Program-made: the position numbers and the translations under genes
Notes under the pieces: model-generated
Databases searched by the model: none
What the model saw: only the letters and a program-made list of their open reading frames with translations
What the model was told of the DNA's origin: nothing
Assembly (NCBI GenBank): GCA_031362805.1
Contig: JANLTG010000053.1
Span: 42,207 to 106,206 of the forward strand
Origin: a bacterium
Lineage (GTDB): Bacteria > Verrucomicrobiota > Verrucomicrobiia > Limisphaerales > RI-55
Length of the DNA stretch: 64,000 nucleotides
Direction: 5' to 3'
Part shown: positions 1-11,900 of the stretch, in pieces
Position numbering within the stretch: the first letter of the stretch is position 1
Layout: each line of letters begins with the position of its first letter

Positions 1-30
1 GATCAGTATTCAGCTTGCGAACGAACCGCG

Positions 31-1467
31 TCAGGTTTTGCCGCTCTCGATGTGAATCGGTTTATAGCCGCCCTTCGCCTTGAAATAGAGCAGGATCAGC
101 AGGTAGAGCACTGCCATCGTTGCCGGAACTGCCGCCGTCACGCGCAAGGCGGTCTTGCCACCATGCAGGTCGGCATCGTGGACAAATTTCTCGTCGGGCG
201 TCCGTTGCTCAGCAGCCTTGCCGCGAACAGCACCCACCTTTGAGCCATCGAGACCCACAATGGGCGGGAAGAACAGGAACTTGTTTTCGTTGGGCGCCTT
301 GTAGGCTTCGTAAACGGCAGGTGCCTTTTCCTTCAGGTCATTGGACGCGAAATAATCCTGCTTGTAGCCGATGCCCGGGCCGCCGAGAAAGCCAGCGCTC
401 AACATGCCGACGCCACCAATCGCACCAATGGTGATCGCGCCGCCCTTCGGGAAGCGATCAGAGACAACTCCCAGCATCGTGGGCCACAGGAACGTCTTGC
501 CCACGGCATAGACTGAGGCGGCGACCACGCACATCATGCCCGTTTCGGCACTCCCCAGCATCGTGAGACCCAAAGCGCCGAAGATGGCACTGACAAACAG
601 CAGCCCCGGCGGCGAAATCCTGTGAACGATCGGGCCGGCCACAAAGCGCAAAAGGAACATGAGCGTCGACGTGTAGACGAACAGCAACAGCCCCTTCTGC
701 GGGCTGGCCATGATGTTGCCGGTGATGTTTGAAATCCACGAGTCAGTGCCCAGCTCAACATAACCGACCAGCGCGTGAACGAAGAGCAACAACAAGAGCA
801 GTGGCGCCGCAAACTCAGCCAGCATGGAACCGTAGCTGACGCCTTTCTCGCTGGCTTCCGATTTCGGGAAATGTTGCCCCAGACAAATCACACCGTACGC
901 CACGACCGGGAGAAGGAACAATGCCCATTGAACTTCCCAGCTTACTTTGCCGACCATGAAAAACGAAGCAAGCCCACCGAGCACCAAGCCAGCCGGCCAG
1001 CCGGCGTGCAGGATGTTCATGTAGTGCGTTCGGTTGTTCGGATACAATGCGGCCACGAGCGGATTGACGACCGCCTCGGCCAGACCGTTACCAACCGAGA
1101 AGAGGATCATGCCCCACTTGAGACAGGTGTACGCCGCTTCCTTGCCACCACTCTTGAAAGCCGCTGTTGCAGCCAAGGTCAGCACGGCCGAGCCAAAGTG
1201 GCAGAGAAAAGCCGCCACCATCAGCTTGCCGTAACCGACGATGTCGGCCAGCAACGCGCCAATGAGGATGATCACGCCGAAGCCAACCAGGCCAAAGCCT
1301 GTGACCTCGCCCAGTTCCGTCTGGGTAAATCCATATTGCGTACCCCAGTCGCCGAGGATGCCGCCGCGTACTCCGAAGCCGACGCCCGCCGCCAGGATGG
1401 CGACGAAGCCGGCCAAGAGCAGCCGTGGGGCGTTTGCAGCCTGGCCGTTTGCTGATGCGTTACTCAT
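31..1467 (-). CDS. MFS-type transporter (sugar/FucP-like)
   Basis: 478-aa ORF dominated by G/A/L/V-rich hydrophobic helices (LLLAGFVAILAAGVGFG, GFGVIILIGALLADIVGYG). Co-directional with the adjacent sugar-type oxidoreductase. The family call rests on topology and composition, not on an alignment. Confidence 0.65.
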   Translation of the reverse strand: MSNASANGQAANAPRLLLAGFVAILAAGVGFGVRGGILGDWGTQYGFTQTELGEVTGFGLVGFGVIILIGALLADIVGYGKLMVAAFLCHFGSAVLTLAATAAFKSGGKEAAYTCLKWGMILFSVGNGLAEAVVNPLVAALYPNNRTHYMNILHAGWPAGLVLGGLASFFMVGKVSWEVQWALFLLPVVAYGVICLGQHFPKSEASEKGVSYGSMLAEFAAPLLLLLLFVHALVGYVELGTDSWISNITGNIMASPQKGLLLFVYTSTLMFLLRFVAGPIVHRISPPGLLFVSAIFGALGLTMLGSAETGMMCVVAASVYAVGKTFLWPTMLGVVSDRFPKGGAITIGAIGGVGMLSAGFLGGPGIGYKQDYFASNDLKEKAPAVYEAYKAPNENKFLFFPPIVGLDGSKVGAVRGKAAEQRTPDEKFVHDADLHGGKTALRVTAAVPATMAVLYLLILLYFKAKGGYKPIHIESGKT

Positions 1468-1514
1468 AAGTGATCAGTTGTCTTAGTTGTTGGTTGGTTG
1501 TTGGAAGGAAAACT

Positions 1515-2636
1515 TCAGAGCGTGAAAGCCGGGAGCTTGACGAGCTTGCCGCCGGCCAGCGCCGACTCATGCGCGCACAGGCCGACGCAGGTCCAGTTGG
1601 CCGACTGCTTCGCGTTCGGAAACGGATCGCGGCCCTCGACCAGCGCCATGGCAAACTCGTTCGCCAGGTGCGGATGGCTGCCGCCGTGTCCACTGCCCTG
1701 CGTGAAGCTCAGGTGTGTCTTCTTGCTCGAATCATAGACGCCCTGGGTCGTGTACTTCGCAATGCTCTTGGGCAGGCGCTTCGCAAAGTCCGGGCACTTC
1801 ACCGGCTTCGGGATCTTCGGCTCGGGCTTCTTCGCCGTGTGAATCACCAACGGCTCGTGCTCGACCAGCGGCCATTCCACCGACTTCTTCGTGCCATACA
1901 CGTCGATGCTCTCGCGATACTGCCGCGCGGTGTCGAACAACGAGCGGATGATGCGCGCACTGACGTCCGTGTTCTGAAACTTGATGTGCGCGGTCTCGAC
2001 GGCGAACGGGCTGCCGTAGCACTTGATCAATTCCGCGCGGATGGTGCCGGAGCCAAAGCAGCTCACATATTCGGCGGACTGGCCGATCAGGCCGGCGACG
2101 GGACCGACGCAATGCGTCGCATACCACATCGGCGGGAGGCCGGGCCAATAGTTCGGCCAGCCGTCCATGTCCTGCTGGTGGCTCGCCTGCACGAACTGCA
2201 ACTTGCCGAGTTCGCCCTTATCCAGAAGCTCCTTCATGAAGAGGTATTCCCGGGCGTAGACCACGGTTTCCATCATCATGTATTTGAGGCCGGTCTTTTG
2301 CGCCAGCTCGACGATCTTCTTGCAGTCGGCGATGTTCGTGGCCATCGGCACGGTGCAGGCCACGTGTTTGCCGGCCTTCAGCGCGGCGATGGACATCCAT
2401 GCATGATCCGGGATCGGCGAGTTGATGTGGACGACGTCCACGGCCGGGTCCTTGAGCAGCGCCTGGAAGTCTTCGTACCGGCGGCTGACCCCGAAGTAAT
2501 CGCCGATGGCGTTGAGCTTCTTCGGGTCGCGCTGGCAGATGGCGTAGCAATCGGTGTGCGGATGTTTCTGCCAGAGGGGGATGAATTCCGCGCCAAATCC
2601 CAAGCCGACGATGGCGACGTTGATCTTCTTGCTCAT
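1515..2636 (-). CDS. Gfo/Idh/MocA family NAD(P)-dependent oxidoreductase
   Basis: N-terminal Rossmann motif INVAIVGLGFGAEF, followed by VVHINSPIPDHAWMSIAALKAGKHVACTVPMA, which is typical of this family. 373 aa. Confidence 0.8.
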   Translation of the reverse strand: MSKKINVAIVGLGFGAEFIPLWQKHPHTDCYAICQRDPKKLNAIGDYFGVSRRYEDFQALLKDPAVDVVHINSPIPDHAWMSIAALKAGKHVACTVPMATNIADCKKIVELAQKTGLKYMMMETVVYAREYLFMKELLDKGELGKLQFVQASHQQDMDGWPNYWPGLPPMWYATHCVGPVAGLIGQSAEYVSCFGSGTIRAELIKCYGSPFAVETAHIKFQNTDVSARIIRSLFDTARQYRESIDVYGTKKSVEWPLVEHEPLVIHTAKKPEPKIPKPVKCPDFAKRLPKSIAKYTTQGVYDSSKKTHLSFTQGSGHGGSHPHLANEFAMALVEGRDPFPNAKQSANWTCVGLCAHESALAGGKLVKLPAFTL

Positions 2637-2905
2637 GACTGGTTGATCGGGCGGCGGCGGTCAGAAAACACAAAGCGTATGCTTGATTGCGACGGCGGCG
2701 ATGGGGCGAATGACATCTTTCGACATACCAACTGTCAAACCCAAAGTTCCCCACCGGCGAACGCCGGTCACCGAATCGGACGCGCCGAATCAGTTGAATT
2801 GCAGAATCGGTTTTCACCGCGCATCACGAACGGCGAGAGAAATTAACAATCTTAGGCTTGAGCGTTTTCATAGCATTAGGTCCACTCGACACTAGCCATC
2901 TCCCT

Positions 2906-5900
2906 ATGAAGACCCGCCTCACTCCGTGGTCAGTCGGTTGTGCAATGACAGCTCTGCTGGCGGCGGCGCTTACGCTGCAACCCGGCGAGGCCGCGACGTT
3001 CACGGTGAGCAACACCAATCAATCCGGCGCCGGGTCGCTGCCCCAAGCGATCCTTGACGCCAACGCCAGCGCCGGCGCGGACTTCATCGCCTTTAACATC
3101 CTGTCCGCCGGGCTGAACATCGCGCCAAATGCCGCCCTGCCGGCCATCACAGAGGCGGTGACCATCGACGGCACCACGCAGCCCAGCTTCGCGGGTTCGC
3201 CGTTGATCGAGATCAGCGGGCAAAGCGCGGGGGCGGGAGTGGACGGCTTCCGGATCTTGTCCGGCGGTTCGGTGATTCGTTCGCTGATTATCAACCGCTT
3301 CCTGGGTGACGGCATTGAACTCACCAACGGAGGCAACAACCTCATCGCCGGGAACTGGATCGGACTGAATAACAACGGCACGTTGGACCAAGGCAACACC
3401 TTCAACGGCATCACGGTCACCAACTCACCCAACAACACCATTGGTGGACTGGCGACCGTCGACCGCAACGTGATCTCCGGCAACAACCAGAACGGGGTGT
3501 TCATCCAAGGCCTCGCGGCGACCGGCAACGCGGTGCTCGGCAATTATATCGGCCTAAACGCGACGGGGGGCGTGGCGGTGGCGAACAGCCTGAGTGGCGT
3601 GCTCATCAATCACGCGCCCGCGAACACCGTTGGCGGCACCGCCGCCGCCGCGCGCAATGTCATCAGCGGCAATTCGCAAAGCGGCGTGCGGATCGAGAAC
3701 ACCAACGCATATGCGAATCTCGTGGCGGGCAATTATCTCGGCACGTCCACCAACGGGATTACGGACCTCGGCAACGGAAACTACGGCGTCCTGCTGTTCA
3801 ATGCGCGGAGCAACACGGTGGGCGGGGTAACCGCCGGTCACCGCAACGTGATCGCTGGAAACAATGTCGCGGGCGTGCGCATCGAAGGGGCCAACGCCAC
3901 CACCAACGCCGTGCGGGGCAACTTTATCGGCACGACGATCACCGGCGCAAGCGCGCTCCCCAACGGCGGCCCCGGCGTCCATGTGCTGACCAGCGCGGCC
4001 GGCAACACGATCGGCGGCGCCGCTGCGGGCGAGGCCAACGTCATCGCCTTCAACAGCGTTGATGGCGTGTGGGTGCAGGCCGGCACGAACAACGCGATCC
4101 GCGCAAATCTCATCCACTCGAACGGCGGCCTCGGCATCGATGTGGACCTCGACGGCGTGCTGGCCAATGACGCGGGCGACACGGACGTCGGCGCCAACCA
4201 GCGGCAGAATCATCCGCTCCTGACTGGCGCGACCAATTCGGCCGGCGGCATCACGATCGCCGGCACGATGAACAGTACGGCAAGCCAGGCGTTCACCGTG
4301 GATTTTTATGCGAGCAGCGTCCCGGACGCCACCGGCAGCGGCGAAGGCGAGTTCTATCTGGGAAACACGGCGGTGAACACGGCCGGGGACGGCAATACGA
4401 CGTTTCAAGTGACGTTGCCCAGCGTGGCGCTCGGGCGCTGGGTCACTGCCACCGCGACGGACGCCAACGGCAACACGTCGGAATTTTCGCCGGCCGTCCG
4501 GGCGGAGAGCACGCTGGTACCCGCGACGTTCACGGTGGTCAACACCAACGACTTTGGAGCGGGTTCGCTGCGCCAGGCGATTATCGACAACAACCTTGCC
4601 GTCAGCAGCGCGAACAACGTGATTCAGTTCGCGATTCCCAATTCAGGGCCGCACGTGATCCGGCCGGCGGCCGCGCTGCCGACGTTCCTTGAAGCTGCGA
4701 CGGTGAATGGCTTCACTCAAAGCGGCGCGGTTTCCAACACGCTGGCCACCGGCAACAGCGCGGTGTGGATGATCCACCTCGACGGCGTCAGTGCGGGCAC
4801 GGGCGCGAACGGCCTGCGCTTCGCCAGCAGCGGCAACGTCGTACGCGGCTTGCAAATCTTCCGCTTTAACTCCGACGGTCTCGAGTTCACGAACAGCCAC
4901 AACAACGTCGTTGTCGGCAACAGCCTCGGCCGATTGGATGAGACGGGCGTCACGTTTGCCAACACCGGGGACGGCGTGCATCTCCTGCAATCCTCGAATA
5001 ACCGCCTGGGCGGCGCGCTGCCGGGTGATCGCAACATCATCGCGGGGAACGGCAGCGACGGCATTGAGATCAACGGCACGAACTCGGTCGCCAATCTGGT
5101 GCTCGGCAATCACATCGGCACGGATGGCGGCGGCACGGTGGATCGCGGCAATCTCCAGAGCGGCATCCTGATCAGCGGCGCGCCGAACAACACGATCGGC
5201 GGCACCGCGGCCGGCGCGGGCAATCTGCTTTCCGGCAACACCCAGGAAGGTCTCGAGATCAACGGGCTGGCGGCCACCAACAACGTCGTGCTCGGCAACC
5301 GGATCGGCACCGAGGTCACCGGGCTGACGGGTCTGGGCAACGCCGGCGCGGGCGTGCTGCTCGCGAACAACTCGCGCTTTAACCTGATCGGCGGGCTCGC
5401 CGCCGGCGCAGGCAACCGCATCGCCTTCAACGGCGGCGACGGCATCAACGTGGCGAACGGCACCAACAACGCCCTCCGCGCGAATCTGATCTGGACGAAC
5501 AGCGCGCTCGGCATCGATCTCGATCCGAACGGGCTCACCGCGAACGACGCAGGCGATATCGACGCGGGCGGCAATCAGTTGCAGAACTTCCCGGTGATCA
5601 CCAACGCCATGCTCAACGCGGGCAGCACCGTGATCCAGGGCACGTTCAACTCGACCGCGAGCACGACCTTCGCCCTCGATTTCTTCCAGAGCGTCTTCCG
5701 CGATGTCGCCACGGTGAACGGCGAGGGCCAGTTCTATCTCGGTTCAGCCAATGTGGTCACTGACGGCAGCGGCAATGCGACCTTCGACGTAAATCTACCG
5801 ACGACGGCGACGGGCGGCCGGTGGATCACGGCGACGGCGACCGATCCGAACGGCAATTCATCCGAGTTCTCGGGGGCGTTCACCGCGACGTCGCTGCTGC

Positions 5901-8900
5901 CGGGGCAGCCGTTTCTGGTGACCAACACCAATGACGCCGGGCCGGGCTCGCTGCGGCAGGCCATCCTCGAAAATAACCTCACTTTCAACGGCGCGCCGAA
6001 CACGCTCAACTTCGCAATCACGAGCGCGGAACCGCATGTGATCACGCCGGCGACCGTGCTGCCGACGATCACGGCGGCGGTGATTGTGAACGGCTACAGC
6101 CAGGCGGGCGCCTCAGCCAACACGCTGGCCACCGGCAACAACGCAGTGCTCAAGATCCGCATTGATGGCAATGCCGCGTTTTTCAACGGCCTGCGCGTCG
6201 CGGCGGCGGGGACGGTGGTGCGCGGCTTGAGCTTCACGCGGTTCAGCAATCCGATGTTGCAACTGGACGCCCCCGGTTTCGCCAGCGTCGAGGGTTGCTT
6301 CTTCGGGCTCGATACCGACGGGGTGACGAGCTTCAGCCCCGCGAGTGAAGGTGTGAACGTGAACAACTCGCCGGGCAACGCGATTGGCGGCAGCGCGCCC
6401 GCCCAACGCAATGTCTTCGGCGGCCTGAGCACCGCGATCGCACTGGCCAGCAACGGCGCGGTGAGCAACACCGTGACCGGAAACTACATCGGCACGGACC
6501 GCCATGGCACCGGCGGCTCCGGCAACCTGCGCGGCATCACGATTAACGGCGGCCGCACGAACAGCATCGGCGGCACGACCGCCGCACTACGCAACGTGAT
6601 TTCGAGCAACCGCTTCTTTGGCCTCCAGATCATCGGCACAGGTTCCGCAGGCAATCGCGTCGTCGGCAATTATCTCGGCTTGAACGCGGCGGGCACCGGG
6701 CCGATGGGCAACGGCACGCACGGCATCGACATCAGTTCCAGCACGGCTTTCGGCAACGTGATCGGCGGGATCGCCGCCGGCGAAGCCAACGTCATCGCCC
6801 ACAGCGGGCAGAACGGCCTGAACGTCAGCAGCGGCACGAACAACACCCTGCGCGGCAACTCGATTTACAACAGTGGTTACCTGGGGATCGACTTGGGCGG
6901 TTTCGGCCTCGTCACCTTTAATGATGCTGGCGATGCCGACACCGGCGCCAACCAGTTGCAGAATTTTCCGGTGGTCACCGGCGGTCAGGGCACGCTCTCA
7001 GGCACCACCATCCAAGGCACGCTCAACAGCAAACCGAGCGAAACCTTCCAGCTCGATTTCTATTCGAACCCCGCGACTGAAGGCGACGGCTACGGCGAAG
7101 GCCGCAAGTATCTCGGCTCGGGCAGCACCACTACCGGCGCAGACAGCAATGCGGTCTTCTCGATCAACGTCGCCGGCGTCATGGACGGCCGGCACGTGAC
7201 CGCGACCGCCACGGATGCGAATGGCAACACGTCGGAGTTCTCGCTGTCGGCCCCGCTGGCGGTGACGTTCGCGCCCACCACGTTCACGGTGGTGAACACG
7301 AACGACGCCGGGCCCGGCTCGCTGCGACAGGCGATCCTCGAAAGCAACTTCAAACCTAGCGGCAGCCGGAACACAATCGCCTTCAACATCACCGGGGCGG
7401 GGCCGCATGTGATCCGGCCGCTCACCCCATTGCCAACCCTGGTCGAGAGCGCGTTGATCGACGGCTACTCGCAGCCGGGCGCGGCGGCGAATACGGCGGC
7501 GATCGGCTTCAATGCGGTGCTGCAAATTGTGCTGGAGCCCGGCACACCGTTCCTTGACGGCTTGACCTTGGATTTCCAGAACAGCGTCCTGCGCGGCCTG
7601 GTGATGACTGAATTCGGCGCTGCCATCACCGTGCGCGGCACAGGTCATGTCATCGAAGGCTGCGTGCTGGGCCTTACTGCCGTGGGCTTGCCCGCACCAA
7701 ACGCCCAAGCGATCAACGGCCTGCCCGGCAGCAGCAACAACGTGATTGGCGGCATCACGCCCGCCGCACGCAACGTCATTGCCGGCCGCAATAGCGCGCA
7801 CGCGATCACCCTGCAAAACACCACCGGCTGGCTGATCCAGGGCAACTTCATCGGCACGGACTTGTCGGGCTTGAATACCGCCGGCAGCCAGGCCGGCGGC
7901 ATCTCCATATCGAGCGGCACGGGCAACGTCGTCGGCGGCACAGCACCCGGTGCCGGCAATGTCATCGGAGGCAACGACAGCGGCGACGGTGTTTCCATTT
8001 ATCTCGGTTTCAGCAACCGGGTGGAAGGCAACTTGATCGGCGTCGGCGCGGACGGTGTCACCATCCTCCGCAATAGTCCCGCCGGCGTGTCGATCGAGAA
8101 CTCCGCCCAGAACGTCGTCGGCGGCAGTTCAGCGGGCGCACGCAACATCATCTCCGGCAATGGCACCGGCGTCTCGTTGGCGTTCTCCGGCACCAGCTCG
8201 AATTATGTCGTCGGCAACTTCATTGGAACCGACCTCACCGGCACGCTGCCCGTCCCGAACTATTACGGCGTGTCGATCAGCGCGGATACCAACTTCATTG
8301 GCGGCGTGCTCGCGGGCGAGGGCAACCGCATCGCTTTTAACCAGGGCGACGGCATCCTGGTCGGTGGGGGCACGGGCAACGCGCTGCGCGGGAACGAAGT
8401 CTTCGCCAACGGAGGAATCGGCATCGGCCTGGGTTTCAGCGTCGTCACTCCGAACGACCCGGGCGATCCGGACGCTGGCGCCAACAACTTGCAGAACTTC
8501 CCGGTGCTCGCGAGCGGCTCCATCAACGTGGCCAGCACCGCGGTCGGCGGCGCGTTGAACAGCACCCCCAGCACCCAATTCACCCTCGATTTCTTTGCGA
8601 ACACCGCGCCCGATCCCGCGGGCAATGGCGAGGGCCAGCAATACCTCGGGGCCACCACCGCCACCACCGACGGCGCGGGCAACGCCGTGTTCAGCGTGAG
8701 CCTGCCCCGGCGCGCGGTCGGACGCTATCTGACCGCGACCGCCACCGATCCCGCGGGCAACACGTCCGAGTTCTCCGCCGCCTTCCGCGCCGCCAGCACG
8801 CAGCCGGGACTTACCTTCACGGTGACCACGGAAGCGGACAGCGGACCGGGCTCCTTACGGCAGGCGATGCTGAATTCTGAAACCAACCACGCGGGCGCCA

Positions 8901-11900
8901 ACAACGTGATCCAGTTCGCGCTCTACGGGCCAGGCCCGCATACGATCGCCCCCACCACTGAACTGCCGCTCCTCCGCGAGGCGGTGACCATCGACGGCTT
9001 CACCCAGTCCGAGGCCAGCGCCAACACGCAGGTCAACACGGACAATGCGGTGCGCAAGATCCGGCTCGACGGCTTCGCCACCGCCGGCGCCTACTTCGAC
9101 GGTTTGAAACTCGCCGCCGGGGGAAGCGTGATTCGCGGGCTGTGGATCAGAAATTATGCCGGCAACGCGATTGAAATCACCAGCTCGGGCAACGTCGTGG
9201 AGGGTTGTTACCTGACCGAGAACAATTCCCCCCTCGTGATCAATTCCGGCGCCGGCAACCGCATCGGCGGCACGACTCCCGCCCAGCGCAACGTGATCGT
9301 GGGCAACGCCACCGTCGGCGTGTACGTCTATTCAACCGCCAGCTCAGGCACGCTGGTGCAGGGCAACTTCATCGGCCTGAATCCCGATGGCATCAGCACG
9401 AGCGCGAATGACATCGGGGTGCAATTCGCCGACTCGCCGCTCAACGTGGTGGGCGGCAGCGAGGCGGCGCGCAATTTCATCGTGGGCAACGCCGCGCAAG
9501 GCGTGCTCATCGACGGCACCGGCTCGGTCAGCAACCGGGTCGAGGGCAACTTCATCGGCGTGCGACCGGACGGCGCGGTGGCGGGCAATGGTGGACCCGG
9601 TATCCTGCTCTCCGGCGGCAGCGACAACGTCATCGGCGCACCGCGGGCGACGCCGCCGGGCCAGCTCTCCCTGCAAGGCATTCCCCCGGCGACCGGCGTG
9701 ATGAATGCCATCGCCGCCAATCTGGGCGCCGGGATCGAGGTCGTCGCGGGCGTGCGGAATTCACTCCGCCGCAATCTGGTGTACAGCAACCGTGATCTCG
9801 CCATCGACCTGGCTGGGGACGGCGTCACCGACAACGACGTGCTCGATGGCGATCCAGGCCCGAACAACTTGCAGAACTTCCCGGTCATCAATTCCGCCAC
9901 CATTGGCGCCGGCAACATCACCCTCATTGGTTCGCTGGCGGCCGCCCCGAACACCAGCTACCAGATCGACATCTACTCGAACGTGAATTGCGATTCGCCG
10001 TCGCTCCACGGCGAAGGGCAATACTGGCGGGGCTCGTTCCACGTGACCACCAGCGGCGCGGGCACGGTGAACTTCAATCAGACCGTGAACCAGCCGGGCA
10101 TTGGTTCATTCATCACCGCGACGGCGACCGATCCGGTGGGCAACACCAGCGAGTTTAGCCGGTGCGTGCTGGGCGACTGCAGTGACAACACGCCCAGGGT
10201 CTTCCTCGTCACGAACACGAATTCCTCCGGACCGGGTTCACTTGCCAACGCCGTCGACCAGGCCAACGCTGGGTGCTCGCCGGCCACCATCAACTTCAAT
10301 ATCGCGGGCGCGGGCGAGAAACGTATCTTCTTGTTCGAACCGCTGATCTTGAGCAGCCGCATCACGATCAACTTCGCGAATCAGGGCGGCGGCGGCGTGA
10401 TAATCGACGGTTCCTCGCTTCCGGCCGGTGATTCAGCGATCAATATCGTCGCAAATTACGTCCTGGTTCAGGGCGCCAATATTCAAAACATTGGCGCTGC
10501 GGTCCAAGTCGGAGCCCCCGCTGCCCCCGTGAGCAATGTTACTTTCACCGGCAACATGGTGAACGTTACGGGACGAGCCGGGATTTTGGCCTACCTCAAC
10601 AGCTCGACGATCACCGCCACCGGCAAAGACATCGCGGGCAACTTCGTGGAACTGGTGAACGGAACTGGAAACACCGTTACCGTCAGCGGGCAGAACGTCG
10701 GTGGCGACCTCTTGAACACCATGGGAAACGGTTCGGTGGCGGTGAACCTCAATGGTAGGTTTTTGATCGAGGGCAGCATAGACAGCCGCGAGGGTGGATC
10801 TCCACCTCTGCCTCCAATCATTTCCAACGCCTCCTGCACGGGGCCCAACACCATTAGTATCACTATGAGTGGCTCCGCCCCGGCCAACTTCCCGGTGACA
10901 CTTACACCTATCTACTTCAACAAGGTCAATCCGAAGTCGGGTATTGCGGGCACCACAGTGGTTGGGAACTCCGACGCTATGGGCGAATATTTATTTAGTT
11001 TGATGGAATCCCCGCCCACCGGGACCGTAGCGGTATCAGGCTTGGTGACGATCGCTGGCAACTCATCCGAAGCCAGCCTCCCCGTCAGTCTGGAAGGGTG
11101 TGCGGTAGATTCGCCTTTCATTGTTCTGCCCTTCGAAAACCATCCCCTCGCCGGCGTGGCCGGCGATCCGATCAGCACGTTTAACGGCGAGCTCTACGAT
11201 ACCCTGCTGCCCGATCTGAACCTCGGCGGGCCGATGCCGCTCCTTTTCCAGCGCTTCTACGGTTCGGCGCTCGGCCGCGCGACGCTCCTCCCGCGCCTCG
11301 GCACGAACTGGACCCACAACTTCGAGGCCACGCTGACCAACAGCGCGACGGCCGTCGGCATCTCGCTGCCGCCGGGCTTGATCCTCGCCTTCACCAACCA
11401 GGCGGGCGTGTTCACGCTGTTGAACCGCGCGGATCTGCCGTTCCAGTTGCGAACCAGCGGCGCCAATTACCTGCTGGCGGACCCGCGCGATCAACGGGTC
11501 TTTACCTTCAACAGCTCCGGCCAGCTCACGCAGATCGCGGACAGCCGCGGCAACGCCCACACGCTGGCCTACGCCGGTGCCCTGCTCTCCTCGGCGACCG
11601 ACGGCCTCGGCCGCACCCTGACGTTCAGCTACTCGGCGGGCGGCTCGCTCACGAACGTCAGTGACGGCACCCGTAACGCCGGCTTTCAACAATCGGGCAA
11701 CCTGCTGGCGGTGTCGCGCACGCCGCTCAACTTGCCAACCACCAACAACTACACGGTGAGCGGTCCCTTCGGTGCGTTGCTGCAATCCAGCCAGCGACCC
11801 GTGGGCAACACGCCGCTCACGCAGTTCTACGCCGGTTCCGCGGTGACGTCACAGGGTGTCGCGAGCAGCCCGCCGTCGACCATTCAATACGTGGGCCCCG

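Noticed and set aside
1470-2846. 458-aa plus-strand ORF
   Set aside because: Antisense to the Gfo/Idh/MocA oxidoreductase, with an arginine-rich, low-complexity translation.
2996-10195. Tandem repeats as a possible CRISPR or non-coding repeat array
   Set aside because: The period is 1.37-1.53 kb, the repeats diverge at the DNA level, and the region stays in one open reading frame. These are protein modules, not a CRISPR array. No short direct repeat/spacer structure was seen anywhere in the window.
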